Below are positions 30,116-40,219 of a stretch of 64,000 nt of DNA, one piece after another (within the stretch, counting starts at the first letter, position 1; every line of letters starts with the position of its first letter). This stretch comes from Saprospiraceae bacterium (GTDB lineage: Bacteria; Bacteroidota; Bacteroidia; Chitinophagales; Saprospiraceae), in NCBI GenBank assembly GCA_025055285.1, contig JANWXM010000014.1:21043-85042 (forward strand), written 5' to 3'. The notes under the pieces are model-generated. The model was given only the letters and a program-made list of their open reading frames with translations. It was not told the origin of the DNA and searched no databases. The position numbers and the translations under genes are program-made.

Positions 30116-30963
30116 AATTCAGCTGCCTCTCCTGAGATTAAAACGGTTAAACGCACCTTTAGATGGTCAAAAAGCCAGCGTGTGCATTCAGTACGCAGGC
30201 CGGCACCTGCAAAAATGCGAACAGGCTGAATACCGCGAATGGCGTTGGTCAGGAAAATTTCATCGGCTTCGAAAAGTTCTTCGGGGCATAGGGCTTCTTC
30301 CCGAACCATGCAGCCGTTTCTCATAGCTACTTCCTGCACAAAAGCGCGCATTATACCCGCTACACAGCCTTCACTCAAAGGCACCGTATGCAGCACATCT
30401 CTCTTCCACCAAAACACATTGCTGGCCGTAGCCTCACACACGCGGTCGAAGGCATTGAGGACAAGCGCATCGTCCCATCCGTGTTGCCGAGCTTCGATTG
30501 CCGCCATCACGTAACGGGCGCTGTTGAGCGTTTTCAAGTTTGAGTAGACGTCTACAGGCAAACGCACCGAATTACTCACCCCAACGAGCAAGCTGGTTTG
30601 AGGCCAACCCAGTACAGCATCTGGCAATGCCTGAGCAGTAATGAGAAATTGAGGCCGATTGTCAGACGGTTGAAAATAGCCGCCCGGCGAACGCCACACT
30701 GTTAGCCGCACGCGCGCGTTTGAAGGAGCAATCCGTTGGATGTGTTCTTCCCAAAAAACTGAGTTCCAATTCACTGGAATCTCGAAGCCCAACTGCCTTA
30801 GCCCTTTGTGCAGTCGCTCCCAATGGCGATTGAGTAAAGGTATGCGACCCTCAAACACCCGAATCGTCTCAAATAGGGCATCTCCATAGTACATTGCGCG
30901 CTGGGCTTGCGCCCAGGCAGCTGGCAGAGCTCTTAAAAGATGACCATTCCAATTGATACGCAT
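30112..30963 (-). CDS. Class IV aminotransferase fold protein (aminodeoxychorismate lyase / branched-chain type)
   Basis: YGDALFETIRV and ..TNA.RGI.PV patterns of fold type IV PLP enzymes. Its stop overlaps the accC start (ATGA). Confidence 0.7.
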   Translation of the reverse strand: MRINWNGHLLRALPAAWAQAQRAMYYGDALFETIRVFEGRIPLLNRHWERLHKGLRQLGFEIPVNWNSVFWEEHIQRIAPSNARVRLTVWRSPGGYFQPSDNRPQFLITAQALPDAVLGWPQTSLLVGVSNSVRLPVDVYSNLKTLNSARYVMAAIEARQHGWDDALVLNAFDRVCEATASNVFWWKRDVLHTVPLSEGCVAGIMRAFVQEVAMRNGCMVREEALCPEELFEADEIFLTNAIRGIQPVRIFAGAGLRTECTRWLFDHLKVRLTVLISGEAAEL

Positions 30964-31015
30964 GCGGTGTCGTACCTAGAGCGAGAAGCCGCACTCTGAC
31001 AAAACTGAGAGCAGT

Positions 31016-31972
31016 TCAGTATCGTTTAACTGACTCCACGATGTACAAAGGCCGATTTTTGATCTCGCGGTAAATGTTAGCCAAATAAACAGAAATCAGG
31101 TATAAATTGAGGCAAGTAACTGCGAAGAAAACGGAGACAAGAACCACGAGATAGGCCCATCCGGGTACGGTTTTGTGGTACTGGCCAAGGAAGTCTACAT
31201 TTGTTAGGCGTACTTTAATGGCATTGGCAATAGCTGCAGCAGCAATGATGCACGAGAGGAGAAATATCCACCCTAATAGGGTGCTGAGGAAGGAGGTAAA
31301 AGAAGTGATCGCTACGAGAGCGTTCTTAAATTGTTCTGCGAAAGTAGTACTTGGGTCGGGTTCTAGAGGTTTAGCAACATCTATAGCCGCTGTGTTGTAC
31401 CCAACTAAAGCGTAAAGCGCTTTGAGATAATGGCTGTTTTCGCGCAAGCGGAGTAGAGAATTTAAGGCTCTGCGACTAATGATCCGGCTGTGATGGGCAT
31501 AGGGGTCGAGGCGTAGCTTGGAATAGCGGTGAAAAATACCGTAGAAGGCACCGTACATCAGGCGATAAGGTATTGGCAGTTGGCGTCGGGGGGCTCGCAG
31601 GTAAACGATATCAAATCCTTCTTGAGCCTTTTCCCATAGGAGGCGAATGAGTTGCGGGCTATCTGCGAAGGTAAACTCGAAGATGACAGCGTAGTCTCCG
31701 TTTGCACGGTCTAGACCAGCCAAGATGGCATTATCGCGACTTACGGGCGCACTCAAATTGAGCAAGAACACCTGTTGACGAAGAGCCTGAGGCAAGGGCT
31801 CGATGGCGGCATCTATTGCTCGCCGGTTGGAATGGTTATTGACAAGGATAAATTCGAAATCGCTGAAGTGAGCAGCCAATTCAGCATACCCATTTGCGAG
31901 CCAAGCCGTTAAATGTTCGATGTCTCGAGAGGTATGAATGATGCCAACTACAGATATAAACGACTGATGCAT
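31016..31972 (-). CDS. GT2 glycosyltransferase, ArnC/GtrB/DPM1-like, with two C-terminal TM helices
   Basis: 318 aa. The GT-A N-terminal domain (ISVVGIIH ... ILVNNHS ... GDYAVIF) plus two C-terminal helices match polyprenyl-phosphate sugar synthases. The usual DxD position reads E-F-T in my hand alignment. Confidence 0.7.
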   Translation of the reverse strand: MHQSFISVVGIIHTSRDIEHLTAWLANGYAELAAHFSDFEFILVNNHSNRRAIDAAIEPLPQALRQQVFLLNLSAPVSRDNAILAGLDRANGDYAVIFEFTFADSPQLIRLLWEKAQEGFDIVYLRAPRRQLPIPYRLMYGAFYGIFHRYSKLRLDPYAHHSRIISRRALNSLLRLRENSHYLKALYALVGYNTAAIDVAKPLEPDPSTTFAEQFKNALVAITSFTSFLSTLLGWIFLLSCIIAAAAIANAIKVRLTNVDFLGQYHKTVPGWAYLVVLVSVFFAVTCLNLYLISVYLANIYREIKNRPLYIVESVKRY

Positions 31973-32010
31973 AGGCTTTCACTAAAAAATCGCCTCGCTT
32001 ATTCTTTTAT

Positions 32011-32448
32011 TCACGGAGAAGTTAAATCACGGTTTGTGAGCCACTGTGCAAACCAGGCTATTACACCAGCAGGTGGGCTAATTAGTTTTCGGCTATGTAG
32101 GTCTATCCAGCCGCCTTCTATGGTAATGACAGCGCACAGGGTTCCGTCGCTTCGCAATATGTCATGGCGGAAAGTGAAGCGCGAGCCGTCGGGGCGCGAG
32201 TTTGTCAACCACAAGTGGATAGTCAGTTCGTCACCTAAACGCACTTCGCGGCGAAAGACAGCCTCCTCCCGAAGAAGGACAGGGCCGAACCCTTCTGCAG
32301 CCATGCGCTCAAGCGTTAGGCCGTGTGCTGCTAGGCATGCTATTCGTACTGAAGCCCCCCAATCGTAATACACCGAATGACGCACGTGCCCGTTAGGGTC
32401 TAAATCTGCCCATCGCACGCTGATTGGCATCTGAAAGAGCGGCTGCAT
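32011..32448 (-). CDS. Hotdog-fold acyl-CoA thioesterase (YbgC/4HBT-like)
   Basis: 145 aa. VRWADLDPNGHVRHSVYYDW is the typical N-terminal signature of 4HBT-type thioesterases. Confidence 0.75.
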   Translation of the reverse strand: MQPLFQMPISVRWADLDPNGHVRHSVYYDWGASVRIACLAAHGLTLERMAAEGFGPVLLREEAVFRREVRLGDELTIHLWLTNSRPDGSRFTFRHDILRSDGTLCAVITIEGGWIDLHSRKLISPPAGVIAWFAQWLTNRDLTSP

Positions 32449-32529
32449 AGGTATAGTGCGGGTATTTTATGAAGCTCCTCAACAGCATTTTTCTGGGCAA
32501 AATCTACATTGCCGAGCTGTTCATTTTTT

Positions 32530-34449
32530 CTACTTTTTTTCCTGTCGCGCGTCAGCTTTGACTAATTCAATCATGTCTTGCATTTCAGTGACTAAAGCGT
32601 CAGTATTCCCCGAGAAGCCGACACTTTTAAAGCGTATCTGACCCTGTTTGTCTATGACGAATTTAGTGGGAATGCCCGTCACGCCATAAGTGGCTACGAC
32701 CTGGTTGTCGTTGTCCATGAGCACCTCAAAGGTATAGCCCTTGCCTTGCAAGAACTCAAGGGCATTTTTTTCTTTGTCCGTAGCGTTTTCCCAGGTATCT
32801 ATGAAGAGAAAGACTACTTCAGGGTCGTTTTTATAGAGGTCTATGGCTTTTTGCATACCTGGGAAGGAAGCCTTACACGGACCACACCACGTAGCCCAGA
32901 AGTCGAGCACGACAATCTTGCCGCGCAAGTCTTCGAGGCTGACCTCTTTTCCTGCGAGGTTTTTTAAGCGGAAAACAGGAGCTGGTTGGTCGATCATTTT
33001 TTTTGCTAATTCCCTCCTCTGCTCCTCGCGTGCCTTTGCTTCTAACCGAATGAGGTATGTTTCTGCACCGGAGGTAGACTTGTCTTCACTGACAAACAGG
33101 CGTTTGAACTGTTCCTTCATCGCAGTCGTAGCCCGACCTTGCATGATGAAGCCCTCGAGATAATAGCGTACTTCAGGAGCCTTCAGTTTTTCCAAATATT
33201 GTACGTAGCGCTCGTTGATCTCTGGCTCTTCGCCTTCGCTATGCTCGACGGCGCGTCGCTGGTACTCCAATGCCGCTTCAACTTTTCCTTGTTTGTAAAG
33301 GATGAGAGCATAGGTATCGGCATACATAGCAAACGTATGTCGGCGGCTTTCTTCCCAATCGGAATAAGGTAAATAAGAAGGCTTGGGTGATTTGGGGGCA
33401 TAGAGTTCTTCTTCAGCCCACTGAGTAGCTTCGCGAGCTAAGAGGAAAGCTTGGTCTAATTGCTCGCCTTTTTCCGCGAGTTCCCAGGCGATGTTGTTGT
33501 ATAAATTGGCGCGGGCTGCAGGGGTCATCTGGGCAGCATAGGCCCTCGCTTTGTCCCACTCTTTGGCGCCAATAGCTTTATTCGCCAGCAAAGAATATAG
33601 TTGGCTGAGTTCTTCCCTTTCTTCATCTGAGATGGGAGGAAAATCCTCTTGATACCTTGCTATGGCCTTCTCAATTTGGGCCGTTTCGGTCATGAAGCGG
33701 ATTTCGTGCTGGCGCGTCTGGCGAACATAAATACCTTTAGGATAGTCGCGTTTCATGCGTTCGCGTAGTTGATTGGCCTCCTCTTCGGCCCCCAGGCGAT
33801 CAAAGAGTCGGGCAATGGCTAAGAGTTCCTTCTCGGAGATTTGGGTTTGGTTCGCAGCAGCTCTCAGCACCTCTAAGGCCTCTTTCTTGCCCTCTTCGCC
33901 GCGTTTGAGCGCCAACAAACAACTGACATAGGCCGAGGCAAAGGCATGCTTCAAACGCGCATCTGCTTTAAAAGCGCGTTCGAAAAGCTCCTGAGCCACA
34001 TTAGGTTTGCGGTCTAGTTCTGCTATTCCTCCCCAATCGCGATATAAAACAGCATGTACTGCCCAACTAATCGGCAAGACCTCTCCTTTTGCATCGTGTA
34101 GATGGATGAAATAGCCCTGACCTTGATTATTGTCTATGCGATCGCCGGCCCTAAAAACAACAAACAGCACTGTTGCCTCCTCGCTGGAACTGACGTGACC
34201 GCGCAGCCATTGAGCATCGCGATAAATGTAAGTAGGCAAAGTACGAAGCTGGTCTGCAGCATACTCAAATACTACCATTTCTACTGCCTCGCCGCTCTTC
34301 GCCAGCGGACTTCTTGTCAGGTCGTATTCTAGCAATACAAGCTTACCGGGTTGAGGGCGCTCAGGAGTAATTTTCAACAGAGTCGGCTGTGTAAAAGCAA
34401 TACCCTCAATTGTCGCCAATAAACAGCAAAAAATAAAATATTTTTTCAT
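32530..34449 (-). CDS. TPR-containing TlpA-family thiol-disulfide oxidoreductase
   Basis: The C-terminal thioredoxin fold has VVLDFWATWCGPCK. A long helical/TPR-like N-terminal region precedes it. The start is placed at MKKYFIFCCLL (ATG at 34449), which gives a signal peptide. Confidence 0.8.
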   Translation of the reverse strand: MKKYFIFCCLLATIEGIAFTQPTLLKITPERPQPGKLVLLEYDLTRSPLAKSGEAVEMVVFEYAADQLRTLPTYIYRDAQWLRGHVSSSEEATVLFVVFRAGDRIDNNQGQGYFIHLHDAKGEVLPISWAVHAVLYRDWGGIAELDRKPNVAQELFERAFKADARLKHAFASAYVSCLLALKRGEEGKKEALEVLRAAANQTQISEKELLAIARLFDRLGAEEEANQLRERMKRDYPKGIYVRQTRQHEIRFMTETAQIEKAIARYQEDFPPISDEEREELSQLYSLLANKAIGAKEWDKARAYAAQMTPAARANLYNNIAWELAEKGEQLDQAFLLAREATQWAEEELYAPKSPKPSYLPYSDWEESRRHTFAMYADTYALILYKQGKVEAALEYQRRAVEHSEGEEPEINERYVQYLEKLKAPEVRYYLEGFIMQGRATTAMKEQFKRLFVSEDKSTSGAETYLIRLEAKAREEQRRELAKKMIDQPAPVFRLKNLAGKEVSLEDLRGKIVVLDFWATWCGPCKASFPGMQKAIDLYKNDPEVVFLFIDTWENATDKEKNALEFLQGKGYTFEVLMDNDNQVVATYGVTGIPTKFVIDKQGQIRFKSVGFSGNTDALVTEMQDMIELVKADARQEKK

Positions 34450-34477
34450 GACGGTTTCTAGTTTGCAAAGATTCAAG

Positions 34478-36415
34478 TTAGTTATTTTTTTTCTTCTTCA
34501 TTCGTTGGTCAAAATCTTCGACCAACGCGCGCAATACTTGGGCCCGTTCGGCGTGTTTACGCGCTTCCTCGTGGCGACCTAATTCCTTTAGAAAATAGGA
34601 TTGCATGTCGAAGAAACGCACTATGTAACGACAACAATTGGCCTCATTCGTCTGATACAGCCGCGAGTTGATGGTCAAACGGTAGAAGTGTTCAGGTAAA
34701 TATTTCAGAAACTCATCTAGTAGTGCTACGTATTTTTCGTATTCCTTGGCGAGTTCCAATTTAACCAATCGCTCGGAATAATGAATCAAGTAGACAGGCA
34801 CAATGTCGTTGGGATAAAAAGGAAAGAATTTTCGATCTCGAATATTCCACGTAAAGGCAGCTGCTCCAACTAGCAAGCCGGCGACCACGGCTAAACTTTT
34901 GAATTGCTTTCGCGAGAGCAATTCTGTAAAGACGACAATAAGATAAGCGGCCAACAACGTGAGTAAAACCACGAAGGGAGTTCGATAGCGGGCCACACTC
35001 GTGCTCAGAAAGAGCGGCAAGGCACTAGTTGCTAGCATGAGAAAGTAAGGCACAAACTGAAGGCGCAATCGCCAGAAGCCCCAAAAGAACCCTACTATGC
35101 CTAAGGGCGCTAGCCAATAATAGGGAGCAGGCAAGGCAGCCAAAGTGGGCGAAAACTGCCGATACATGTAATAACTCACGTTGTTGGGAATTTCCATCCA
35201 AATAAACAAGCTGTACAATTTTTCGCGATACACGCGCCACAGCTCACTCAAAGAGGGAAAAGCCTTAAGACATACAACGATAGCTTTGAGCAACGAGCCC
35301 TCGCACTTGTGAAAGAGGTCTACGGTAGTGTTCACATCCCAAAAATTCGGTTCCAAGGGGTGAGCCGTAGGCCCGTTATATGACACATAAATAATCGAAC
35401 CAGCACCAGTAAAGGCAGTTACAGGAGCTCCTACTAAAGCATTGCGACAGAATAGTGGCGACAGCATCAGTAGCCAAGCAAACACGGCAGCACCTGTCAC
35501 TTTCCACCACGCTTGCTGAGATCGGCGCAGTTGCCAGGCCAACCAACCGAATGCCGGCAGCCAAAAAAGTAAAAAATAGGACTGATTAAGCATGGAAAAG
35601 CCCGCTACCATACCCACTCCAATAGCGCGGCCGAGTGTGGGTTGTTTTAGGGTTCGAACATAAAGATATAGGGCCAACACCGTCAAAAATGCGGTCAACG
35701 TAGAGCGCAGCAGCGTCGCTTCATAAACCATAATCGGCCCAGAAAGCATTATTAAAAGTGCCCCTAGTAACCCTGCTAATGAACCAAAGAGTAGACCTCC
35801 CAACCAAAACACTAGCACATTGGTGAGAGCACCTAGCAACATTTGCCAAGCATACACCCAATGCGGGTCAGTCGTCCCCAAAGCTTTGTACGTAAGGGCA
35901 ATCAAGTAGGCATATAGAGGGTCTTGGTAGAAAGTCTTTCCGCCCATTTTCTCTGAGATGAAGGCCTTACATGCAGCCAAGGTATCAATGCCTCCACCTA
36001 GGCTATCGGGCTCGCGATAGCGCTCATAATACGGCTTCGCTGTTTCAGGAAAGCGATTGAAAGTCGTCCGAGCTAGCTCGTCGTGCCAGACGTGATATGG
36101 CTGCATGGCGGTGTCCAACAGCCAATCTCCCGACGCCAATCGCTTGGCTACAGCATCGTAAAACTCCATGTCACTGTTTTTCCACGTATGCAGGGTGCTA
36201 GCAGGCGATTGGCGCACTTCATGAAAATAAAGATAGCGCAAAGCAAGAGAGAGCAAAAAGATAGCAAGCGAAAACCAAACTTTTTGAGCACTTACAAATT
36301 GTTCCCATTTATGAGTTTGAGTGCTCTCTAGCGTTTTGGCGTTCCTCTGTTGGTCCTGTAGAGATCTGGCCGATTGAGCGGTAGGTTTAGCGATTTTCTT
36401 CCGAGTTTTAGACAT
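34478..36415 (-). CDS. Polytopic membrane protein, putative GT-C (ArnT/PMT-like) glycosyltransferase with helical C-terminal domain
   Basis: 645 aa with about 10 or more hydrophobic helices, an acidic first-loop region (SDMEFYDAVAKRLASGDW) and a C-terminal soluble helical part. The assignment is by architecture only. Confidence 0.45.
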   Translation of the reverse strand: MSKTRKKIAKPTAQSARSLQDQQRNAKTLESTQTHKWEQFVSAQKVWFSLAIFLLSLALRYLYFHEVRQSPASTLHTWKNSDMEFYDAVAKRLASGDWLLDTAMQPYHVWHDELARTTFNRFPETAKPYYERYREPDSLGGGIDTLAACKAFISEKMGGKTFYQDPLYAYLIALTYKALGTTDPHWVYAWQMLLGALTNVLVFWLGGLLFGSLAGLLGALLIMLSGPIMVYEATLLRSTLTAFLTVLALYLYVRTLKQPTLGRAIGVGMVAGFSMLNQSYFLLFWLPAFGWLAWQLRRSQQAWWKVTGAAVFAWLLMLSPLFCRNALVGAPVTAFTGAGSIIYVSYNGPTAHPLEPNFWDVNTTVDLFHKCEGSLLKAIVVCLKAFPSLSELWRVYREKLYSLFIWMEIPNNVSYYMYRQFSPTLAALPAPYYWLAPLGIVGFFWGFWRLRLQFVPYFLMLATSALPLFLSTSVARYRTPFVVLLTLLAAYLIVVFTELLSRKQFKSLAVVAGLLVGAAAFTWNIRDRKFFPFYPNDIVPVYLIHYSERLVKLELAKEYEKYVALLDEFLKYLPEHFYRLTINSRLYQTNEANCCRYIVRFFDMQSYFLKELGRHEEARKHAERAQVLRALVEDFDQRMKKKKNN

Positions 36416-36433
36416 AATTCGCTGAGTTTGTTT

Positions 36434-37267
36434 CTACTTGGACTTTTTCAGCACCATCCCCATACCCACGCTGGCTTTCGACCAGCAGAATAAATTTCGA
36501 TCGAGCCACAAAATAGCGTCAGTAAGTGCCGTCAACCGAGGAGGCCGGTTGCTCTGTGGCCGGATGGCAAATGATGTCGTTTGGGTCTGTACGGAGTTGC
36601 GAGCGTTTCGCTTTAGCAAACGCTGAAGAACACCTGTGTGGTACATCTCCAAAAGACCTACTAAGTACCGACTTAGCCGGCACTGCTCCAACACCTCAAA
36701 TCTTTGCGCGTGAGCCCACTGTAGGAATTCCTGTTGGTCGATAAGGTAGTTATGCCCAAAGGCGTAAGCGCCCTGAGAAATAGCGTATTCGCGCTGGTGA
36801 GGTGTGCGCCAGCGCAACCACAGGAAATTCACAGGGTCATACGTGAAAGGGAAATGGCGGCTTGGGAAAGTCATGATGAGCAATCCTCCCGGTCGTAACA
36901 CGCGATGGACTTCAGCCAGCATCTGACGCGGCTCGCCCACATGTTCGATCACCTCACAGGAGACGACTAAATCAAAAGTGGCATCGGCGTAGCTCAGGTT
37001 CAAAGCATCGTTTTTTTCATAGATGACATTTAGCAGGTCGGCGTTCAATCTTTGAGCACAAGCTAGATCCTCTTCATTTATATCGCAACTGATAAGCTGT
37101 TCGCAATATGCGGCCAACATGCGGTCGTAGTCGCCTTCGCCTGTGCCTAAGTGAAGCGCTTTGGAAACAGTTGGCTTCCCGTTGGCCAGCGGAGCATACT
37201 TTTCCAGGCAGGCCTGTACAAACCGGTGGCGATTGCGAAAGGTAGGCAACAGAAACTTTAGGCTCAT
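36434..37267 (-). CDS. Class I SAM-dependent methyltransferase
   Basis: Motif I-like LHLGTGEGDY, an acidic residue after beta-2 (SCDINEED), and the post-motif region VLRPGGLLIMTF. Confidence 0.8.
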   Translation of the reverse strand: MSLKFLLPTFRNRHRFVQACLEKYAPLANGKPTVSKALHLGTGEGDYDRMLAAYCEQLISCDINEEDLACAQRLNADLLNVIYEKNDALNLSYADATFDLVVSCEVIEHVGEPRQMLAEVHRVLRPGGLLIMTFPSRHFPFTYDPVNFLWLRWRTPHQREYAISQGAYAFGHNYLIDQQEFLQWAHAQRFEVLEQCRLSRYLVGLLEMYHTGVLQRLLKRNARNSVQTQTTSFAIRPQSNRPPRLTALTDAILWLDRNLFCWSKASVGMGMVLKKSK

Positions 37268-37315
37268 CGAAAGATTCTTTAAGATTAAGCGCGGCTAATG
37301 CTAAGATGGAACTAT

Positions 37316-38374
37316 TTAGAACCGCGGACATGCGATGCGCGAGGAGCGAACTGCTGGATGAAAGTAAGAAAGCGATACCTCAAACGCTCCGCGCGAATTA
37401 TTGAAGCGTGCCAGCGACGACGTAGTAAAATCGTAGCTGAGGCCTACCATCCAGCGCTCCAATTCGAGCGTAACGGCAGCTATCCATGCATCCGTGTGAA
37501 GGCCTCGCTGCAGGCGATTCACGACCCGTGCCCATATGCCAACACGCATAGCAAGCTCATGGCGATCGCCATTAAAATAGCGAAGAGCAGCACCCGCATT
37601 GAGTTCGCGGGCAGGTCCTTGACTTAAAAATAGGAGACCAGGCATCAGCCCCATTTGGCTAGTCAAAGAAAGCAAACCGTTGGCATGAAGAGTCCAACGC
37701 ATGTAAAGGCGTTCTGCAGGGTTATCGGCCAACAACGACACGTTTGGGCGATTGAGGTGGTGCCAGGCCATACCTGCCGTCCAAAAGCCTCTATTTCGAG
37801 GGAACACCATATACCAAAGCAAGCCGGCATGGAAGTCGAGGTACATGTCGGAGTTTGCTCGCACATTCGGTTCGCCTGAAGGCGCGTTAAAGTCTGGTTC
37901 TTCCCGCACGGGATTGAATTGGCGACTAAACCACACGCGTCTCCAGTCTGCGCTGTTTTGGCTAAAACCCAACTGAGCTCCGACACTCAGCACGTGACTA
38001 GCCCGACGAGGCCTTCCACTAACCTGCTTCAAGAGAGCTCCTCCGAGTAGAGCCTTATTTTGCGAAAAGCGCGCTGTGCCGGCTTCGTCGTGTAAAGCTC
38101 CTATACCCACGGCAAAGTAGTCGGAAGCATTGATCCCAAAACGCACATCTGCTGCCGCCGAATACGTGCGAAATGGCACAGGAGCCATGACGCTACTCCA
38201 TTGGTCGCGATAGTTCGCCACAACTCGCCATCGGCCTTCAAAAGCCCCTGTAAGCGCTGGATTTAAGTTCCAGGGCGAAGCATAAAACTGGGAAAAGCGC
38301 GGGTCTTGCCCTTTTAATATAAAGGAAATGACAAACATCCCGCAAAACCATGCGAGGAGTCGTTTTTGTAGCAT
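37316..38374 (-). CDS. PorP/SprF family type IX secretion system membrane protein (second paralog)
   Basis: GQDPRFSQFYASPWNLNPALTG signature followed by a beta-barrel-like remainder ending FEVSLSY. The start is placed at the ATG at 38374 (MLQKRLLAWF...). Confidence 0.8.
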   Translation of the reverse strand: MLQKRLLAWFCGMFVISFILKGQDPRFSQFYASPWNLNPALTGAFEGRWRVVANYRDQWSSVMAPVPFRTYSAAADVRFGINASDYFAVGIGALHDEAGTARFSQNKALLGGALLKQVSGRPRRASHVLSVGAQLGFSQNSADWRRVWFSRQFNPVREEPDFNAPSGEPNVRANSDMYLDFHAGLLWYMVFPRNRGFWTAGMAWHHLNRPNVSLLADNPAERLYMRWTLHANGLLSLTSQMGLMPGLLFLSQGPARELNAGAALRYFNGDRHELAMRVGIWARVVNRLQRGLHTDAWIAAVTLELERWMVGLSYDFTTSSLARFNNSRGAFEVSLSYFHPAVRSSRIACPRF

Positions 38375-38577
38375 AGGCTTAATGCATACTCTTTCGTAAG
38401 AAGCCCTCAAAAGTAGGGCTTCTTTGTCATTCCTAACGGATAGTAAAAATTACCCTGACGCGCGAAACAAATTTTAAGGGTCCTGCTTAAGGATACGAGA
38501 GATCAAACCTTTTAGAAGCGCTCCATGTTGCTGAGCATATGACGCTCAAAAAACAGCAGAGGGGTGAAAAGAGCCCC

Positions 38578-40050
38578 TTAGAAGTCTTCAAAGAAGCGGC
38601 GTGCGTTTCGGTTGAAGTTGCGTTGCATATGTGTAGCGTCGTGATAGTTAGAACCTTCTATTTGGTTGATGGCATTGCGGCTATACAGAACAACCTCCCA
38701 GCGCGGGTTATTAATTTCGCCGCGGGCATTGGAATGGAGTAGGATGAAATCTTCGCCCGCCAGAGAGGGATTGTAAAAAAGGAATTTCACATTGCGCTGA
38801 TGTGTTTTCGGAAAATGAAAATATATCCAAATTTCGTAAGGAGGTGCAGCAGGGTCATCGTCTACGCGGATAATATCATCTGGCCGGCCAAAGCGCAAAA
38901 AAGTACGCCCGCGGTCGGTTTCGAAGCCGTAGCGGAACCCGCTGTGAAACTGCTTGTCTACTGCGCCGGCCAAGCGCATGTATTCCAGATAAGCTGCTCG
39001 AGGGTCATTCGGATTTTCCTGGGCGAAATGGCGCAACAAGTACAGACGCATGGCGTGTAAGTCTGAGCCGGCTAGTATGTTCTTGAGTGCCTCGGCGTCA
39101 TCGGCCCAAGTTAGCGCAGAAATAGCGCGCAAGCTGTAGCGGAGGTTTTCCTCGCTCAATTCGGCTACAAAGTACTTGCTCAACTCTTCCTCGCTGATTT
39201 CAGCTTTTGACAGGTCGATGTCTACGAGTGGGTTGCTGCGTTGAAAGGTGACTTTGCGCTGAGCGACAAGTTCGTGGTTTTCCGTGCGCAGCTCAACCGT
39301 AAGAGTATAGTTGCCGCTTTTGAGTTTGCGGATGTCGAGGGCGGCGAGAATGGCATCTATGCGCGAGGGTTTCTTGCGTTGAGTGCCACCAGCTACCCAC
39401 GAAGTAACGCCATTGCCCATTTCTTGTTCCACGTAGTAGCGCACCATGTAGCCATTAGGGCCCAGTTGCTCTCCGTGGTAGATTTCAGCGAAGAATACTA
39501 AACGTGTAGCGCGCTGCTCGTAAAAAGCAAAGGGAAGTGGCTCTAAAAAGAAACCGTGTTTAACGAAAGGATTTTCGCTAGTGTCGCGCCGATAGTTTCG
39601 CAACAGCAGAATGTCGGTTAAATAAGGTTTATGACCCACCTCTACGCGCAGCGGGTAGACCAATATGCGTCGGTTATGCGCATCCTCGACATCTTGCAGG
39701 GCTACCTCTAACGTGTATTCGCCTGGATCTACGAAAAAGCGCTTCACATCCAACAAGTCGCGCGGTGCAGTTACCGGCGGACTGTTGAGCAGGTATTTCT
39801 CGTAGTTTACTATTGTTTCGCCGCGACGCACCAGCAACAATACTTCTACTGAAGCACTCAGATGAAAACTGTCTACTGCTTTAAATGTAACGGAACTTGC
39901 CGCTATTTCCAAGTTCACCTCCACGTAAGGTCGCTCTGGCGTAGCGTAAACCACATAAGATACGCCGACATCCAGCGCCACAGTACTCTTTACGCTCGCG
40001 TATAGGATGAAAATAACGCTACTTAAGCGGCAAAGGAAACTCTCTCGCAT
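38578..40050 (-). CDS. GWxTD domain-containing protein
   Basis: 490 aa with a signal peptide. The C-terminal region FRYGFETDRGRTFLRFGRPDDI is a GWxTD-motif variant. Confidence 0.7.
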   Translation of the reverse strand: MRESFLCRLSSVIFILYASVKSTVALDVGVSYVVYATPERPYVEVNLEIAASSVTFKAVDSFHLSASVEVLLLVRRGETIVNYEKYLLNSPPVTAPRDLLDVKRFFVDPGEYTLEVALQDVEDAHNRRILVYPLRVEVGHKPYLTDILLLRNYRRDTSENPFVKHGFFLEPLPFAFYEQRATRLVFFAEIYHGEQLGPNGYMVRYYVEQEMGNGVTSWVAGGTQRKKPSRIDAILAALDIRKLKSGNYTLTVELRTENHELVAQRKVTFQRSNPLVDIDLSKAEISEEELSKYFVAELSEENLRYSLRAISALTWADDAEALKNILAGSDLHAMRLYLLRHFAQENPNDPRAAYLEYMRLAGAVDKQFHSGFRYGFETDRGRTFLRFGRPDDIIRVDDDPAAPPYEIWIYFHFPKTHQRNVKFLFYNPSLAGEDFILLHSNARGEINNPRWEVVLYSRNAINQIEGSNYHDATHMQRNFNRNARRFFEDF

Positions 40051-40219
40051 GACTTGGGAATTTTGAACAAAAATAACTCACGATATGCTAAGTTTCAGAG
40101 AGGTTCCCAATTAACAAATTGCTTTAAAGTGGCAAAGGCGCTTCTTATTGCCCCAAAGCAGGCATCTTTTACTGCAGGCAATTTTTCCGGATGTTTGCCA
40201 AAGAAAAACCCGCACTTTA

